64,000 bases of DNA from Nitrosopumilus sp. (GCA_965205425.1 CBDBGZ010000008.1:32001-96000); one strand, 5' to 3'; numbered from the stretch's first letter, positions 1-10,732 are shown. The notes: generated by a model not told the origin, from the letters alone. Numbers and translations are program-made.

Positions 1-1
1 T

Positions 2-763
2 CTTCGAGATGAATATGATACAATGAATTCAGCAATACTTGTTAAAGAAGAATATGAAAATGAACTGGCCATTAAAGGACCTGGTCATGAAGAAGAAGTA
101 AAGAAAATACTTGCAGGTACAATGGAAGGTAGAAACGTAAAGAAAATTAATGAGCTTTTAGATTTTGCAGATTTTGTAGATCAGGTCTTAATACAATTAA
201 AACTTGAAAGACAATATCATAAAATAAACACAAATTCAGATGAAAATGATGCAGTACCTGTAACAACAATTATCAAACAATTTTCAAGTAAATGGGCTAA
301 TGCAAGTCCTGCCGACAAAGCTAACATAATATTTGAATGTGCAGGAACTGTTCAAGGAGTTTTAAGTAAATCTAAGATTACAGATCCAACACACTATAAT
401 TTTACATCCAGAAAATATTGGGAGTCAAGAACGCTCCGAAATAAATCACCAAGTGCTAAAAAAATTGTAGATGACTATGATTGGTCCAGTCACGATTTTA
501 CTTCAATTGAAAGTTGTAAAAGATTTGGAAACATACTTCAAAAGGCTGAAGAAAGAGCAAAAGATGAAGAGTGGATAAATTCACCCAGTAAACTTCTTGT
601 ATCCGTTAATGATAAACTTGTAATTATTTCTGATGCATTAACAGGGCCTCAAAATAAAAGAATGAAAATAAAGTTAAAACAATCTAACGTTGACAGACAT
701 CTGAGAGAAATTAAAAAATCTTTGGCTAGTATTGAATCTAAATTAAAGAAAATAAAGACGTAG
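2..763 (+). CDS. 5'-truncated hypothetical protein, first visible gene of the SNF2/nuclease operon
   Basis: The frame is open to the window edge (LRDEYDT before Met at 23). It lies 9 bp upstream of the helicase and has a helical C-terminus. Confidence 0.6.
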   Translation, partial: LRDEYDTMNSAILVKEEYENELAIKGPGHEEEVKKILAGTMEGRNVKKINELLDFADFVDQVLIQLKLERQYHKINTNSDENDAVPVTTIIKQFSSKWANASPADKANIIFECAGTVQGVLSKSKITDPTHYNFTSRKYWESRTLRNKSPSAKKIVDDYDWSSHDFTSIESCKRFGNILQKAEERAKDEEWINSPSKLLVSVNDKLVIISDALTGPQNKRMKIKLKQSNVDRHLREIKKSLASIESKLKKIKT

Positions 764-772
764 AGATAATTC

Positions 773-2770
773 ATGATAAATATTTATTTTTCTAAAACTG
801 ATTCGAATACTTATCAGATTAAAACTGATGAAGAACTTCATACATTTTTCATACCTACATTGAATGCTTATAATTTTAAAAACACTAGTGAAAATTTATG
901 GGAAAATATTTCCGATGATGATTATATTATTTCTCAAATGTATAACTTGTTTACGTGTCCTGGTTATAGCATTATCCCAAATCCCAAAATTAAAGAAATT
1001 AAAGAAAAATTTGAACAACAGCAAAAAGATTATCAAAAATTTACAGAACTCGGCATTAAATTAAAGGAAAATAAAAATCCAGAATTACCTAAAATAGAAT
1101 TAAAAAAAGGAATTACTCTGGAATCTTTTCAAAAAATGTCCATTAATCATATGATTAACATACCTAATTCTGCAAATTTCTCCATTCCAGGTTCTGGAAA
1201 AACATTAATGACATTATCTGCATTTAATATTTTAAAAAATCAATCTAAAATAGATCAAATGTGGGTAATTGGTCCATTGGCTTCATTTAAAGCATGGGAG
1301 ATAGATTACGAAAATCTATTTGGTAAATCAATATCGTCTCATACCCTTCGTTATCATGCGAGGACCCCTGCAGAACGTAAAAAATTAAGAAATAAGATCA
1401 AAGACAAAGATATCATCATTACATCATATGGTACTGCAACTAATGATATTGATTTAATTAAATCCTTATGGGAATCCAATGACAAAAAAATATTATTGGT
1501 ACTTGATGAATCACATCACATAAAAAATATTAGAGAAACTACTGTAGATGGAAATGATACTCTTTCTAGTAAAATAATTCAATTAGGGAAATCTGCTGAA
1601 AGAAGATGTATTTTAACTGGAACTCCAATTCCCAGAGATTTAACCGATCTCTGGTCACAAATTACATTTTTGTGGCCACATATTGAACCATTTAAAGATC
1701 GTAGAGAATTTGGACGGAGATTAAAAGATTTTGAAGGATTTGTTGAAGATGAAATTAAAAAAGATATTGAGTTTATGTGGAGCAGAGTTACAAATAAGCA
1801 AATGGAACCTAAAATGCCAGAAAGATTCTATGAAACGATTGAAATTAAAATGGATTCAACTCAACAACAAATCTATTCTATAATTAGAGAGCAAATGATA
1901 CATGAAATGGATCAAGGTAGAAATCAAGATGCAATTAGAAAGTTAAAAAAAGCACGAATTATAAGATTATTACAAACCGTAACAAATCCTAGATTGATAT
2001 CTGAAAACGATCCTGATTTTCGTTATGATAAATTAACCGTAACAAAAAAAGGAGATAAGGACATTCTACATCTTCTTTCAGAATATGATGATACTAAAAC
2101 TACTCCAAAAATCATTGCTGCGGCAAAACATGCACGAGAATTAGCTACAGGGATTGGTTTACGTGCATTAAATAAGAAACCAAAAAATGTATTAATTTTT
2201 ACTATGTTTAAGGGTACGGCGAAAGATTTATCTGAAGAATTAAATGATCAAAATCCACTAATAGTTACCGGTGATCTTGATGCAAAGATTAGAGAAGAAA
2301 CATATGAGAAATTCAAAGATTGGAATTTTAAAAATGGATCTGGCAAAATTTTAATTGCAACTGTTGGTTCAATAGCAGAATCAGTATCATTGCATAAAAA
2401 TAAAGAAGGAAAATCTGTATGTCAAACTGTGATTTATTTAGAGAGAAATTATAATGCCGGACAATATATGCAGTCCCTTTTTCGTGTTTACCGTATAGGT
2501 TCAAACAAAGATTTACCTGTTCGTTATTATTTTTATCAAAGTACATTTGATGATGGAACTGATTCTATTGATGGTAGAATTCATGATATCTTAGATAATA
2601 GAACTACAACCATGTTTGAAATGTTAAATGATGAATTTAACATACAACCAATGTCATTAGGAATAGATCAAGGCGAAAAAAGAGATGAGGATGATAAAGA
2701 TGAAGACATGGAAGATATTGAAGATGAAATTTATCAAAAAGAAATTTCAAATGGGGATTGGCTTAATTAA
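773..2770 (+). CDS. SNF2-family (SF2) helicase/ATPase
   Basis: Walker A SIPGSGKT, Walker B LDESHHIKN, motif III LTGTP, motif VI QSLFRVYRIG, and an acidic tail. Confidence 0.9.
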   Translation: MINIYFSKTDSNTYQIKTDEELHTFFIPTLNAYNFKNTSENLWENISDDDYIISQMYNLFTCPGYSIIPNPKIKEIKEKFEQQQKDYQKFTELGIKLKENKNPELPKIELKKGITLESFQKMSINHMINIPNSANFSIPGSGKTLMTLSAFNILKNQSKIDQMWVIGPLASFKAWEIDYENLFGKSISSHTLRYHARTPAERKKLRNKIKDKDIIITSYGTATNDIDLIKSLWESNDKKILLVLDESHHIKNIRETTVDGNDTLSSKIIQLGKSAERRCILTGTPIPRDLTDLWSQITFLWPHIEPFKDRREFGRRLKDFEGFVEDEIKKDIEFMWSRVTNKQMEPKMPERFYETIEIKMDSTQQQIYSIIREQMIHEMDQGRNQDAIRKLKKARIIRLLQTVTNPRLISENDPDFRYDKLTVTKKGDKDILHLLSEYDDTKTTPKIIAAAKHARELATGIGLRALNKKPKNVLIFTMFKGTAKDLSEELNDQNPLIVTGDLDAKIREETYEKFKDWNFKNGSGKILIATVGSIAESVSLHKNKEGKSVCQTVIYLERNYNAGQYMQSLFRVYRIGSNKDLPVRYYFYQSTFDDGTDSIDGRIHDILDNRTTTMFEMLNDEFNIQPMSLGIDQGEKRDEDDKDEDMEDIEDEIYQKEISNGDWLN

Positions 2771-2779
2771 ATCGACAGC

Positions 2780-3751
2780 ATGAACTTAAAAATTTCTAAT
2801 TTGATGCATATTTTAAAATATTTTAATGATTTTAAATTTATAGAAAAAGAAATAGTATTTTTTCAATTAAATAATGATAAAATAGAAATCCCTGTTAATT
2901 GGGTTCAAATATATGATTTGGGAATAAAATTAAATTTTTTAAATGAAAATAACAATAAGATCCAGATTACATCTAAAGGAAAAATATTCTATTCAATGTC
3001 ACATAATTTTTCAGGATTAAATCATGAACAAAAAATATTTACTTTTAAAAATGGAATTTTAAATAATCTATCATTTGAATCTGTGAATTCTTTTTTGAGA
3101 CTATTTACAATAAATAAAAATGATGTTTTAGAATTGTATACAACAGAGGAAAATTATAAAGAATTAGGATTAGATGACAATATAATTTTATCTGAATTAA
3201 ATGTGTTAAATTATGAAACTAACAAAATAACAATTAATGAAGAATTTGCAGAGATATTATTACATCAAAAATTATTTGGTAAGTCGGAATTATCTCAAGG
3301 TGAATTAGATCGAATCAATGATGAAAAAAAAATCATTGGGGATACCGGTGAGAAATTAACATTAGCATATGAAAAGAAGCAATTTAAAAAGAAGAAATGG
3401 GATTATCAATTCAAAAATGTCCGAATTATAGGTAAAAAAAATGTCCGGGCCGGGTATGATGTTGAATCTTTTTTGACCAAAGATTCGAAACTTGATTTCA
3501 CGGGGATTGCTGATAAGCATATAGAAGTAAAAAGTAGGAAATATGATGAATTTTCTTTTTTTATATCTGCAAATGAATTAAAGATTGGAAAGTTGTTTTC
3601 CAAGATGAAAAATCATGAATATTTGATATATTTTTGGAATAATTTAGGTAGTATGCCTTTGCCTACAACTCCCACAAAAATTATACCCTTTCAAAAATTA
3701 AATATTAAACCTTGTAAAGGATGTTTGAATTATTTGGTTGAACTAAAATAA
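2780..3751 (+). CDS. DUF3883 (NO VEIN C-terminal)-like PD-(D/E)xK nuclease domain protein
   Basis: C-terminal pattern GDTGE...YE...AGYDVES...IEVKS...FFISANE. Confidence 0.75.
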   Translation: MNLKISNLMHILKYFNDFKFIEKEIVFFQLNNDKIEIPVNWVQIYDLGIKLNFLNENNNKIQITSKGKIFYSMSHNFSGLNHEQKIFTFKNGILNNLSFESVNSFLRLFTINKNDVLELYTTEENYKELGLDDNIILSELNVLNYETNKITINEEFAEILLHQKLFGKSELSQGELDRINDEKKIIGDTGEKLTLAYEKKQFKKKKWDYQFKNVRIIGKKNVRAGYDVESFLTKDSKLDFTGIADKHIEVKSRKYDEFSFFISANELKIGKLFSKMKNHEYLIYFWNNLGSMPLPTTPTKIIPFQKLNIKPCKGCLNYLVELK

Positions 3752-3922
3752 TTTTCTAAATATTAAAAATTTTTTATGAATAAATGGGACTTTTTTGAGA
3801 TCAATTATTCTACTAGTCATGTCAAGTTATTCTAAGAATTTTTTAGGTCAAGATGGTATGTGGAACTTAAGAGACCCATACCTGAATTTATCTGGATCTA
3901 GAACTTACTATGGGTATCTTTC

Positions 3923-3969
3923 GGTTCTGGTGGATTCTAGTGATCAGATCACCAAAATGCACCAGAACC
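3923..3969. mobile_element. 47-bp palindromic mini-MITE (GGTTCTGGTG...CACCAGAACC)
   Basis: Near-perfect inverted repeat; the same termini occur at 5930, 10691-10732 and 54101-54269. Confidence 0.65.
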
Positions 3970-4023
3970 TTCTAAAACTCACATATCATTACCAACAAAA
4001 TCCAAATATTTTACATGATATTA

Positions 4024-4974
4024 TCAATTTGATTTTATGATTAATTCATAAAGGATTTTGATTGCTTGCTCATAGTTACCATTCAATACTTCAGTACATG
4101 ACTCTTTAGCAAAGTTATCTGCGTTTTTTGGTGCAAAGCTATAGTCACACGCATCAAACATAGGCACATCCATTTGAGAATCACCTACTGCAATTTTGAA
4201 TGAATTTCCCCATTTAAGTCGCTTGCCTAATTCTAGTATGGCAGAGCCTTTACTCACATTTGTTTTTGAAATATGATATGAATTCTGGCTTTTATGAACA
4301 GTTATTTTTGCATTGGTTGCTTTTTTTGCTTCTTCTATCTGATTCATTGAAACATCAGACTGCAAGAAAATTATTTCTGTGATTCTTTCTTCCTGTTTCA
4401 TATCTTCTTTAATTTTGTATTTTTCTTGAAGATAAGTGAGGATTTTGTTAGGCTCAGTTTTGTTACCATGTTCCAAATAACCCTCAGTGGTGAATCCCAA
4501 AATTATTCCTCCATTTTCAGCTATGGATGTTTTTTGAATTGGATTGTCATTAACAATCTGTGTCAAATCATAAACAGATCTGCCAGTAGCAACATAGATC
4601 CAAATCCCCCTGTCTTCTATTTTCTGAAAAATTGGTGGTATTGATGGATGAATTGTACTCATACCTCCACGTGTAATTGTACTATCAACGTCAAAGATTA
4701 ATCTGCACGTGTTATTGGACAGAGATTTTTTCATGTTGATATTTTTTACTTTAAGATGTCTTTTTACAACTTTGACATATTCAACACCGCGCATTTTTTC
4801 TACAGTACACTTTATTTTTTTGAATTCTTTAGAATGTGGTTTTAAATCACTAAAATTCAAAAAAATTTCATTCAGTGTACTGTTTGCAGTGGCAACAACA
4901 AATTTCTTCTTTCGTATTTTTGCAAGAACATCATCAAATTTTCCCTTTTTTAAAGATAAGAAGAGATCAACCAC
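4024..4974 (-). CDS. HAD-superfamily (Cof/SPP-like, phosphoglycolate phosphatase-like) hydrolase with an N-terminal extension of about 85 aa
   Basis: HAD motifs FDVDSTIT, ATGRS, AENGG, SKG and VGDSQMD. Confidence 0.85.
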   Translation of the reverse strand: MVDLFLSLKKGKFDDVLAKIRKKKFVVATANSTLNEIFLNFSDLKPHSKEFKKIKCTVEKMRGVEYVKVVKRHLKVKNINMKKSLSNNTCRLIFDVDSTITRGGMSTIHPSIPPIFQKIEDRGIWIYVATGRSVYDLTQIVNDNPIQKTSIAENGGIILGFTTEGYLEHGNKTEPNKILTYLQEKYKIKEDMKQEERITEIIFLQSDVSMNQIEEAKKATNAKITVHKSQNSYHISKTNVSKGSAILELGKRLKWGNSFKIAVGDSQMDVPMFDACDYSFAPKNADNFAKESCTEVLNGNYEQAIKILYELIIKSN

Positions 4975-5008
4975 TATGACGTGTGCAAGTTATAACAAAG
5001 AAATAAAT

Positions 5009-5317
5009 CTATTGTTGGTCTATGACAAAGTGAACATTTGAGATTCCAATAGATTTTTTTGCACTAGTGTGAAGATTCCATAATCCTTGCTCAAATTTTC
5101 TCTCATCTGCAGAATTTACTAAAGCAGTTGCAGCAACACACCATTGTTCACCATGAATTTTCACATTAGTAGTTTGTGCACGTCTAACATTGGGATGTTT
5201 TTCCAACAATGCGTCACGGATTTTTCTACAATCATCATGTTTTCTTTTATTACATTTCAAAAGTATGTATGCATTTTTTAATTCGTTTTTAGATATTTGC
5301 ATTATTATTCCATCCAC
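5009..5317 (-). CDS. small protein, possibly Lrp/AsnC ligand-binding (RAM)-like
   Basis: AYILLKC start and a beta-alpha pattern similar to the AsnC protein at 20054. Co-oriented upstream of the HAD gene. Confidence 0.4.
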   Translation of the reverse strand: MDGIIMQISKNELKNAYILLKCNKRKHDDCRKIRDALLEKHPNVRRAQTTNVKIHGEQWCVAATALVNSADERKFEQGLWNLHTSAKKSIGISNVHFVIDQQ

Positions 5318-5755
5318 CTGTTTTGCATAGCAAGTTTTGAAAATCTAAAATGTAATTTAAACCAATGAATTCTGAATTGTGACTTTTATTCTCCTGCAAG
5401 ACATTTGCAATCAAGTTTTGCTCATAATTAACTATGCTCGAATTCATGATATAGTCATTATTCATATACATTATTCTAAAACAAACAAATCATTCTAGTA
5501 CTCTAGAATGATTGTATTATTTCTCCAGGTTCTGTGTCTATGTTTATAAAAAATCTACCAGTAAAGCTTAATGTACAATCATATCTGCTACGATTAATAA
5601 TGAGTGACACTCTCAATGTTTTTGTATTCCCATACTTGTTAATAAAGAAGTTTTTGAGAATTATTCTCAATCCAGTCATTTGATAAAACTGACTGGACAA
5701 ATGTTAAATCAAAAAGAAAACTATCTCAAAAATACAGTGTTGCAAACATAACCAC

Positions 5756-5929
5756 ATGCTATCTGATTTCCTTGTCTTCTTATTCACATATCTATGTGAA
5801 ATCTTTAAAAACATTTGCACTCTTTTGCAACACATGAGAATGGCTACCGCTAGAGATGATCCCATTCATTTTCAAAAGATGAAACCGGACACATATCTAT
5901 TTGAGGATCTCCCTCAGTACCATCTTCAT
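5756..5929 (-). repeat. inverted copy of 16056-16229 (IS110 3' non-coding end plus start of the next IS110 transposase)
   Basis: About 174 bp nearly identical to the reverse complement of 16056-16229; abuts the MITE end at 5930. Confidence 0.9.
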
Positions 5930-5975
5930 GGTTCTGGTGCATTTTGGTGATCTGTACAACAAATCATGAAATGTG
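5930..5975 (+). mobile_element. solo MITE end (GGTTCTGGTGCA family)
   Basis: Matches the first ~45 bp of 54101-54269. Confidence 0.6.
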
Positions 5976-6165
5976 AGTCTTTTTACAATTATCTTTATAT
6001 TGATATTTCTTTGTGATATGATTAGAACATGAATAAGCAATATCTGATAGTGATATCTGCAATAATATCTATAATGCAGTTAGACAAAAAATAAACAAAC
6101 GTTGATAATGTTTCTGTGATTCAATAATCCTAAAACCTAATTGCTAAATATAATAGTAACCATAT

Positions 6166-6647
6166 GTGAATAAACAACGAAATTTAGATGGTACTGCTGA
6201 TTCTATAGTTTCTAAAAGATACACCTCCAAGAAAAAACCAAAGAAAATCATTAGGACTAGAAAGACAAAACCCATGACCTATGTCGGAATTGATTTGCAC
6301 AAAGAATTCTTACAGGTCGAAACAATGGATGATAAAGGACATACATTATTCAATGAAAAAATTACAAACACCAGAGGGGATATCAAAAAAGCATTTTCTG
6401 CAATCCCAAAAAACTCAAAATGTGTAATGGAATCATCATCTGTCTGGTATGGCGTGTTTAGGTTTCTGCGAGACGAACTAGGATTTGATGTAATACTATC
6501 AAACCCATATCACACAAAAGCAATTGCAGCATCAAAGAAAAAAACTGACAAGATTGATGCTCACATCTTGGCAGATTTGCTAAGAGGAGGATACATCTCA
6601 TCTTGTCATGTACCAGAAAAAGATACCGTGCAAACAAGACAACTGGT
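6166..6647 (+). pseudogene. IS110-family transposase, 3'-truncated
   Basis: YVGIDLHK, MESSSVW and KTDKIDA..LA motifs. It stops after the DEDD domain at a foreign GGTCTGG junction. Confidence 0.9.
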
Positions 6648-6900
6648 GGTCTGGACCCCTCTAGAGTAGGACCAGTAGCATACATACACTTTTCAGATAA
6701 CTTGGGAGGTTTACTTTCATGGTAAAGAGCAAGTGATATGTTTACAATATTGGGCATTATTAGACGTCTTGCGTAATTATAGAGATTTTTTCTCAAATTT
6801 TGTATTTTAACAGAATTCATACCTGAAAATTCAAATTTCTCAACCAATTTGAAAAATCCTGCAGCAAAATTCACGCCTAGAAATAATTACGCAAGACGTC

Positions 6901-6937
6901 TTTTATATTGGAATAATTTTTGCGATGTGACAATAAC
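6901..6937 (+). promoter_or_regulatory. TATA-containing promoter/leader shared with the paralog at 62528
   Basis: TTTATATTGGAATAATTTTTGCGATGTGACAATAACATGAAAAAT is identical to the reverse complement around 62520-62564. Confidence 0.7.
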
Positions 6938-7819
6938 ATGAAAAATATTACAAACAAAACAAAGATAATCCTCTTTGCATCCTTGATAACTGCAATGATA
7001 CTTCCATTTAGTACAATGGATTTTGCAGAGGCCAAGAAAGGAGATTTCAAATTTGATAAAGATGATTTGAAAAACGATGTAAAGAAATGGATGAAAGACG
7101 ACAAAGACAAATCCAGAAGTGATAAAGTTGGTGAATTGAAGAACAAATATAATGAATTGCTTAGAGAATCAATTGAAGAAGTTAGACTCGATACTAACAC
7201 TCGTGTATTAACAGAAAATGAGATTAAACAATCAATACACTATATCGTTACTGAGGCAATTAAAGACGAGAAAGAAAAAGATAGAATTTCAAAGTCTGAA
7301 CAAGCTAACGATGAAACACTCTCAACTGATTATCTAGAAGCTTTAGGTATTCAATATGTTGATGCTACATGTCCTTCTACAACAAACCCAACATACAAAC
7401 AAGTATCAATTGACATAGATGGCGGCTCTTATGGAGGTAATACTTTTGGTGGAGACAATGATCTCTATCTAGTGTTATACTCTGATAATGCATCCACTTG
7501 TGAAAGAACCTATACACTCTATTGGTATGATGAAGACCATCCAACTCTTGATTCCTATTATGATGGATTAAGACAAGCTTGGTATGGTAGAACTCATGAT
7601 ATAGAGACATTCACCATCAAAAACAATTCAACTATTGAATTTGATGGAACATGGAGTAATGGCCATAATTTCAATGATACATGTTGGCTAATTGCGGGAT
7701 GCCATGATACTACAACTAAAACATGGTCTGGCGGAAATGTCTATGTTTCAAACACTTGGAATCATATGATGGACACATCAGATACCAATTCTTCACTAAC
7801 CAAGGTCACTGTACCTTAG
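6938..7819 (+). CDS. secreted pre-pro-protein with a Cys-containing C-terminal domain (family A effector candidate)
   Basis: Signal KTKIILFASLITAMILPFSTMDFAEA, charged helical pro-region, and a C-terminal domain highly similar to 61614-62528. Start moved to ATG 6938 using the shared promoter. Confidence 0.75.
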   Translation: MKNITNKTKIILFASLITAMILPFSTMDFAEAKKGDFKFDKDDLKNDVKKWMKDDKDKSRSDKVGELKNKYNELLRESIEEVRLDTNTRVLTENEIKQSIHYIVTEAIKDEKEKDRISKSEQANDETLSTDYLEALGIQYVDATCPSTTNPTYKQVSIDIDGGSYGGNTFGGDNDLYLVLYSDNASTCERTYTLYWYDEDHPTLDSYYDGLRQAWYGRTHDIETFTIKNNSTIEFDGTWSNGHNFNDTCWLIAGCHDTTTKTWSGGNVYVSNTWNHMMDTSDTNSSLTKVTVP

Positions 7820-7855
7820 TTATCTTTTTTTTATTAACGCATTAATGAGTTTATT

Positions 7856-8122
7856 ATGATTACTAAAAAGCAAATTATTACAAAATCGCTTGTTTTACTA
7901 GGTATTATATTTTCAATATTTACTCTAATACTACTCACCTCAAACAAAATCTACGCTTTAGGATTTGAGGTCCCTGATATGTTAATTGTAATTGGAATTG
8001 TTCTAGGAGTAATTGGCATTCCACTTTATGTTATAGATAAAAATCCTTTCAGATATGTTATTTTGAGCCCTCCTTTACTATTGTTTCTTTTGTTTCTTTT
8101 GAGAAGTGATCCTTTCAATTGA
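7856..8122 (+). CDS. small 3-TM membrane protein (partner/immunity candidate)
   Basis: 88 aa with three hydrophobic segments; follows a T-tract directly after the secreted gene. Confidence 0.65.
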   Translation: MITKKQIITKSLVLLGIIFSIFTLILLTSNKIYALGFEVPDMLIVIGIVLGVIGIPLYVIDKNPFRYVILSPPLLLFLLFLLRSDPFN

Positions 8123-8295
8123 TACAATAGATTATTGACATGATTTTTTTTAGAGAATGTTCTCTAGATGAAAATATTTCATGTTGGAGAAGTTGTAAAA
8201 TAATCAATTGTACTGCTGCACCTCACATTCGTTTGGATGTCCATTGGAGCAGTAAATAATAATTTTTGAGATGGAAAATAATGAAGTGTTTCTCA

Positions 8296-8865
8296 TCATT
8301 GTGATTCTCTCCTGACGATTATTTTCTCATTGGAATCATTTCTAGTAATTTTGTACGGTGCTACTGATGATGTGAGTGTGTTTAGATGACGTCTTACTGC
8401 AGGTTCTGAACCATGTCCTATCTTTTGCTTACAGAGATACACTATACTGTATAGTGCATCATTGAACATTACATGTCCATCAGTACTAGTTTCATTTTTC
8501 AGATAGGATTCCACCAAATCATATGTTCCAATGTTAATTCCTATTTCACTGGTGTAATCGTGGTGTGTTGTGTTTGGTTTTTTCACTCGCACAGAAAATT
8601 CTTCTTCATTTAGTTTTAGCTTCTCTGATGCCATTATCTGATAGTCAGTGTTTTTGATCTTTTTGATATTGCATGACTGGTGACAAATTACTATATTTTC
8701 CACGTTGTTATGTGTACGATTGTTATCAAGATGATCAAATGAGAAATGTTTGCCGCTTAGTTGCTGCTTACAGTAGAAACATCGAAAACCACCATCACGA
8801 GCTATAATTATTGGGAGATACTTTTCCTTTTTTGCAGGAGTTAATGAATCCATTATGTATAGCAC
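8296..8865 (-). CDS. HNH endonuclease domain protein with a probable C-terminal winged helix
   Basis: RDGGFRCFYC...DHLDNNRTHNNVENIVICHQSCN. Confidence 0.8.
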   Translation of the reverse strand: MLYIMDSLTPAKKEKYLPIIIARDGGFRCFYCKQQLSGKHFSFDHLDNNRTHNNVENIVICHQSCNIKKIKNTDYQIMASEKLKLNEEEFSVRVKKPNTTHHDYTSEIGINIGTYDLVESYLKNETSTDGHVMFNDALYSIVYLCKQKIGHGSEPAVRRHLNTLTSSVAPYKITRNDSNEKIIVRRESQ

Positions 8866-9515
8866 TCCTGCTTTTTTATTCTGCGCGTGCGAGTAAAAAT
8901 TTCAAAAAAGAAATAATGAGTAAAAAAATTCATTATTTTACTAGATTCCTCCTCTTTTTGCTGTTTGAAATTTGTTCTACCAAAAATTGTATGGGTGTAT
9001 AACCCGAGTATCCCAAACTGGACAGAATTGGAACCTGGCTTACCTTTTTGAATAGACTATCGTGGGATAGCACATCTGCTTGAGGGGCTGATGTGGCAAG
9101 TAAAGTGGAATTGTTGAAATGAGGATAATTAGGCTCAAAAATCATTAGGAATTACCTCTTGATGGAATAAGAGATAAAAATAAAACCAAAAAGCCAAGAG
9201 CAATTATTCCAAAGAAATTCAATAGAAATCCTCCAATGATTTTTGTGTTCCTGGTTGTGAGAAAATGGATTTTAATTTTCCATAACATTTGAAAAAATTA
9301 GATTTCATTGGATAATCACCTGCTTTGATTTGACAAGTTCCAAAACATGATTCTTAAAATCAGTTCGCCAAAATTCCATATTTTCTAGTGTGATATAGTA
9401 TACTGTACCATCATCAGATAGTTTTGAGAGATATGAATTCTGTTTTAGTAATCTCATGCAATCTTTTATTGTTGCTTGTGATTTTTTCATGGAAAGTGCT
9501 GTAGTGTAAGGCGTA

Positions 9516-10611
9516 TACCTCGGAGCATAATTCTTTGCAATTTTTCAAAACAAATAGCAATACTTTTTGATCAGTAGTTAGAAATAATTTCATGGACATT
9601 ACAAATGACGAGTTACTCCAGGCCTACAAAAAAGAAAAGTACGGTAAGAAAAAGGAAAGACTGCATGCAATGTGTAAGATTAAAATCAACGAATCCACAA
9701 TTGCTGAAACTGCCAACCAAATGTTTTGTACATACAACTCTGTAAGGAACTGGCTTGATTCATTTGAAAAATACGGACTAGAGGGCCTGGAGGACCCCCC
9801 TCGTTCTGGCCGTCCGCCATTAATTTCACACAAAAAATTACAAAAAATAGAGCGTACATTTAAGAAAATTTCAAACGGCATGACTCCAAAAAAACTGGTA
9901 CAATTCATATTTTACAGAACACGCATTACATATCATATCACTCATGTGCGTCCTTTGATGCACAAATGGAATCTAAAACCAAAGGTTCCCCAAAAGGTAC
10001 ATGTGCGAGCAGCATCCAAGGATGTGTGCCGCAAGTGGAAAAACCGCATCATTTCACGCATAGAAAAGGCAAAAAAGAAAGGTTTTACAGTATTCATCCA
10101 AGACGAGTCTGTATTTGTAGACGATGTACGTCTTGGTAAAAAATACTGGACAGATGTACACCAACGAATGATTGTACGTTGGAGAGGATCACACCAAAGA
10201 TTTTTGGTTTATGGGATGGTGACTGATGATAATCAAAGTTTTTTTAGATCGTATGAAAAATTTAATTCAATTGCATTTATGGATTATTTGGAGGCAGCTC
10301 GTAGAAAATTCGGGAAAATATTTGTTATCGTCGATAGGGCACCGCAACACAAAGCTAATGATGTAAAAGAATATCTGCGTAAAAACAAGGATGTCAAACT
10401 GGCATATCTTCCAAGAGGTTCTCCACATTTGAGTATGATTGAAGAGATTTGGAGACAGTGCAAACATGTTAATGTTGAATCAGAATTTTATGAATCTATT
10501 CATGAGATGAGACATACAGTTATGGAATATTTTAGAACCCATAAATTTAATTTGAATATGTATCAGTATTTTGCAAGAACAATAAATTGAAAAGACTTAT
10601 GATCTTGGGTA
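9516..10611 (+). mobile_element. IS630-family element (single-ORF transposase 9592-10590)
   Basis: HTH, RSGRPP, QDES / VDRAPQH / IEEIW. Imperfect TIRs TACCTCGGAGCATAATTCTTT / TACCCAAGATCATAAGTCTTT with flanking TA. Confidence 0.9.
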
Positions 10612-10690
10612 TAAGCATTGTATGCAATTAACCTGTACAACATCTCATTGTCCTGAGTTGTAACATTTCTTGATGTGACATCTCCGGACG

Positions 10691-10732
10691 TGGTGTATTT
10701 TGGTGATCTGATCATCTAAATACACCAGAACC
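10691..10732. mobile_element. palindromic MITE remnant (...CACCAGAACC family)
   Basis: Same hairpin sequence type as 3923-3969. Confidence 0.55.

Noticed and set aside
5756..5950. ORFs 5756-5950 and 16041-16343 as a duplicated small gene
   Set aside because: They are antisense readings of the IS110 non-coding end and transposase start.
6648..6876. Possible C-terminal fragment of another transposase on the minus strand
   Set aside because: It is plausible from its position at the IS110 truncation, but I cannot assign a family from motifs.
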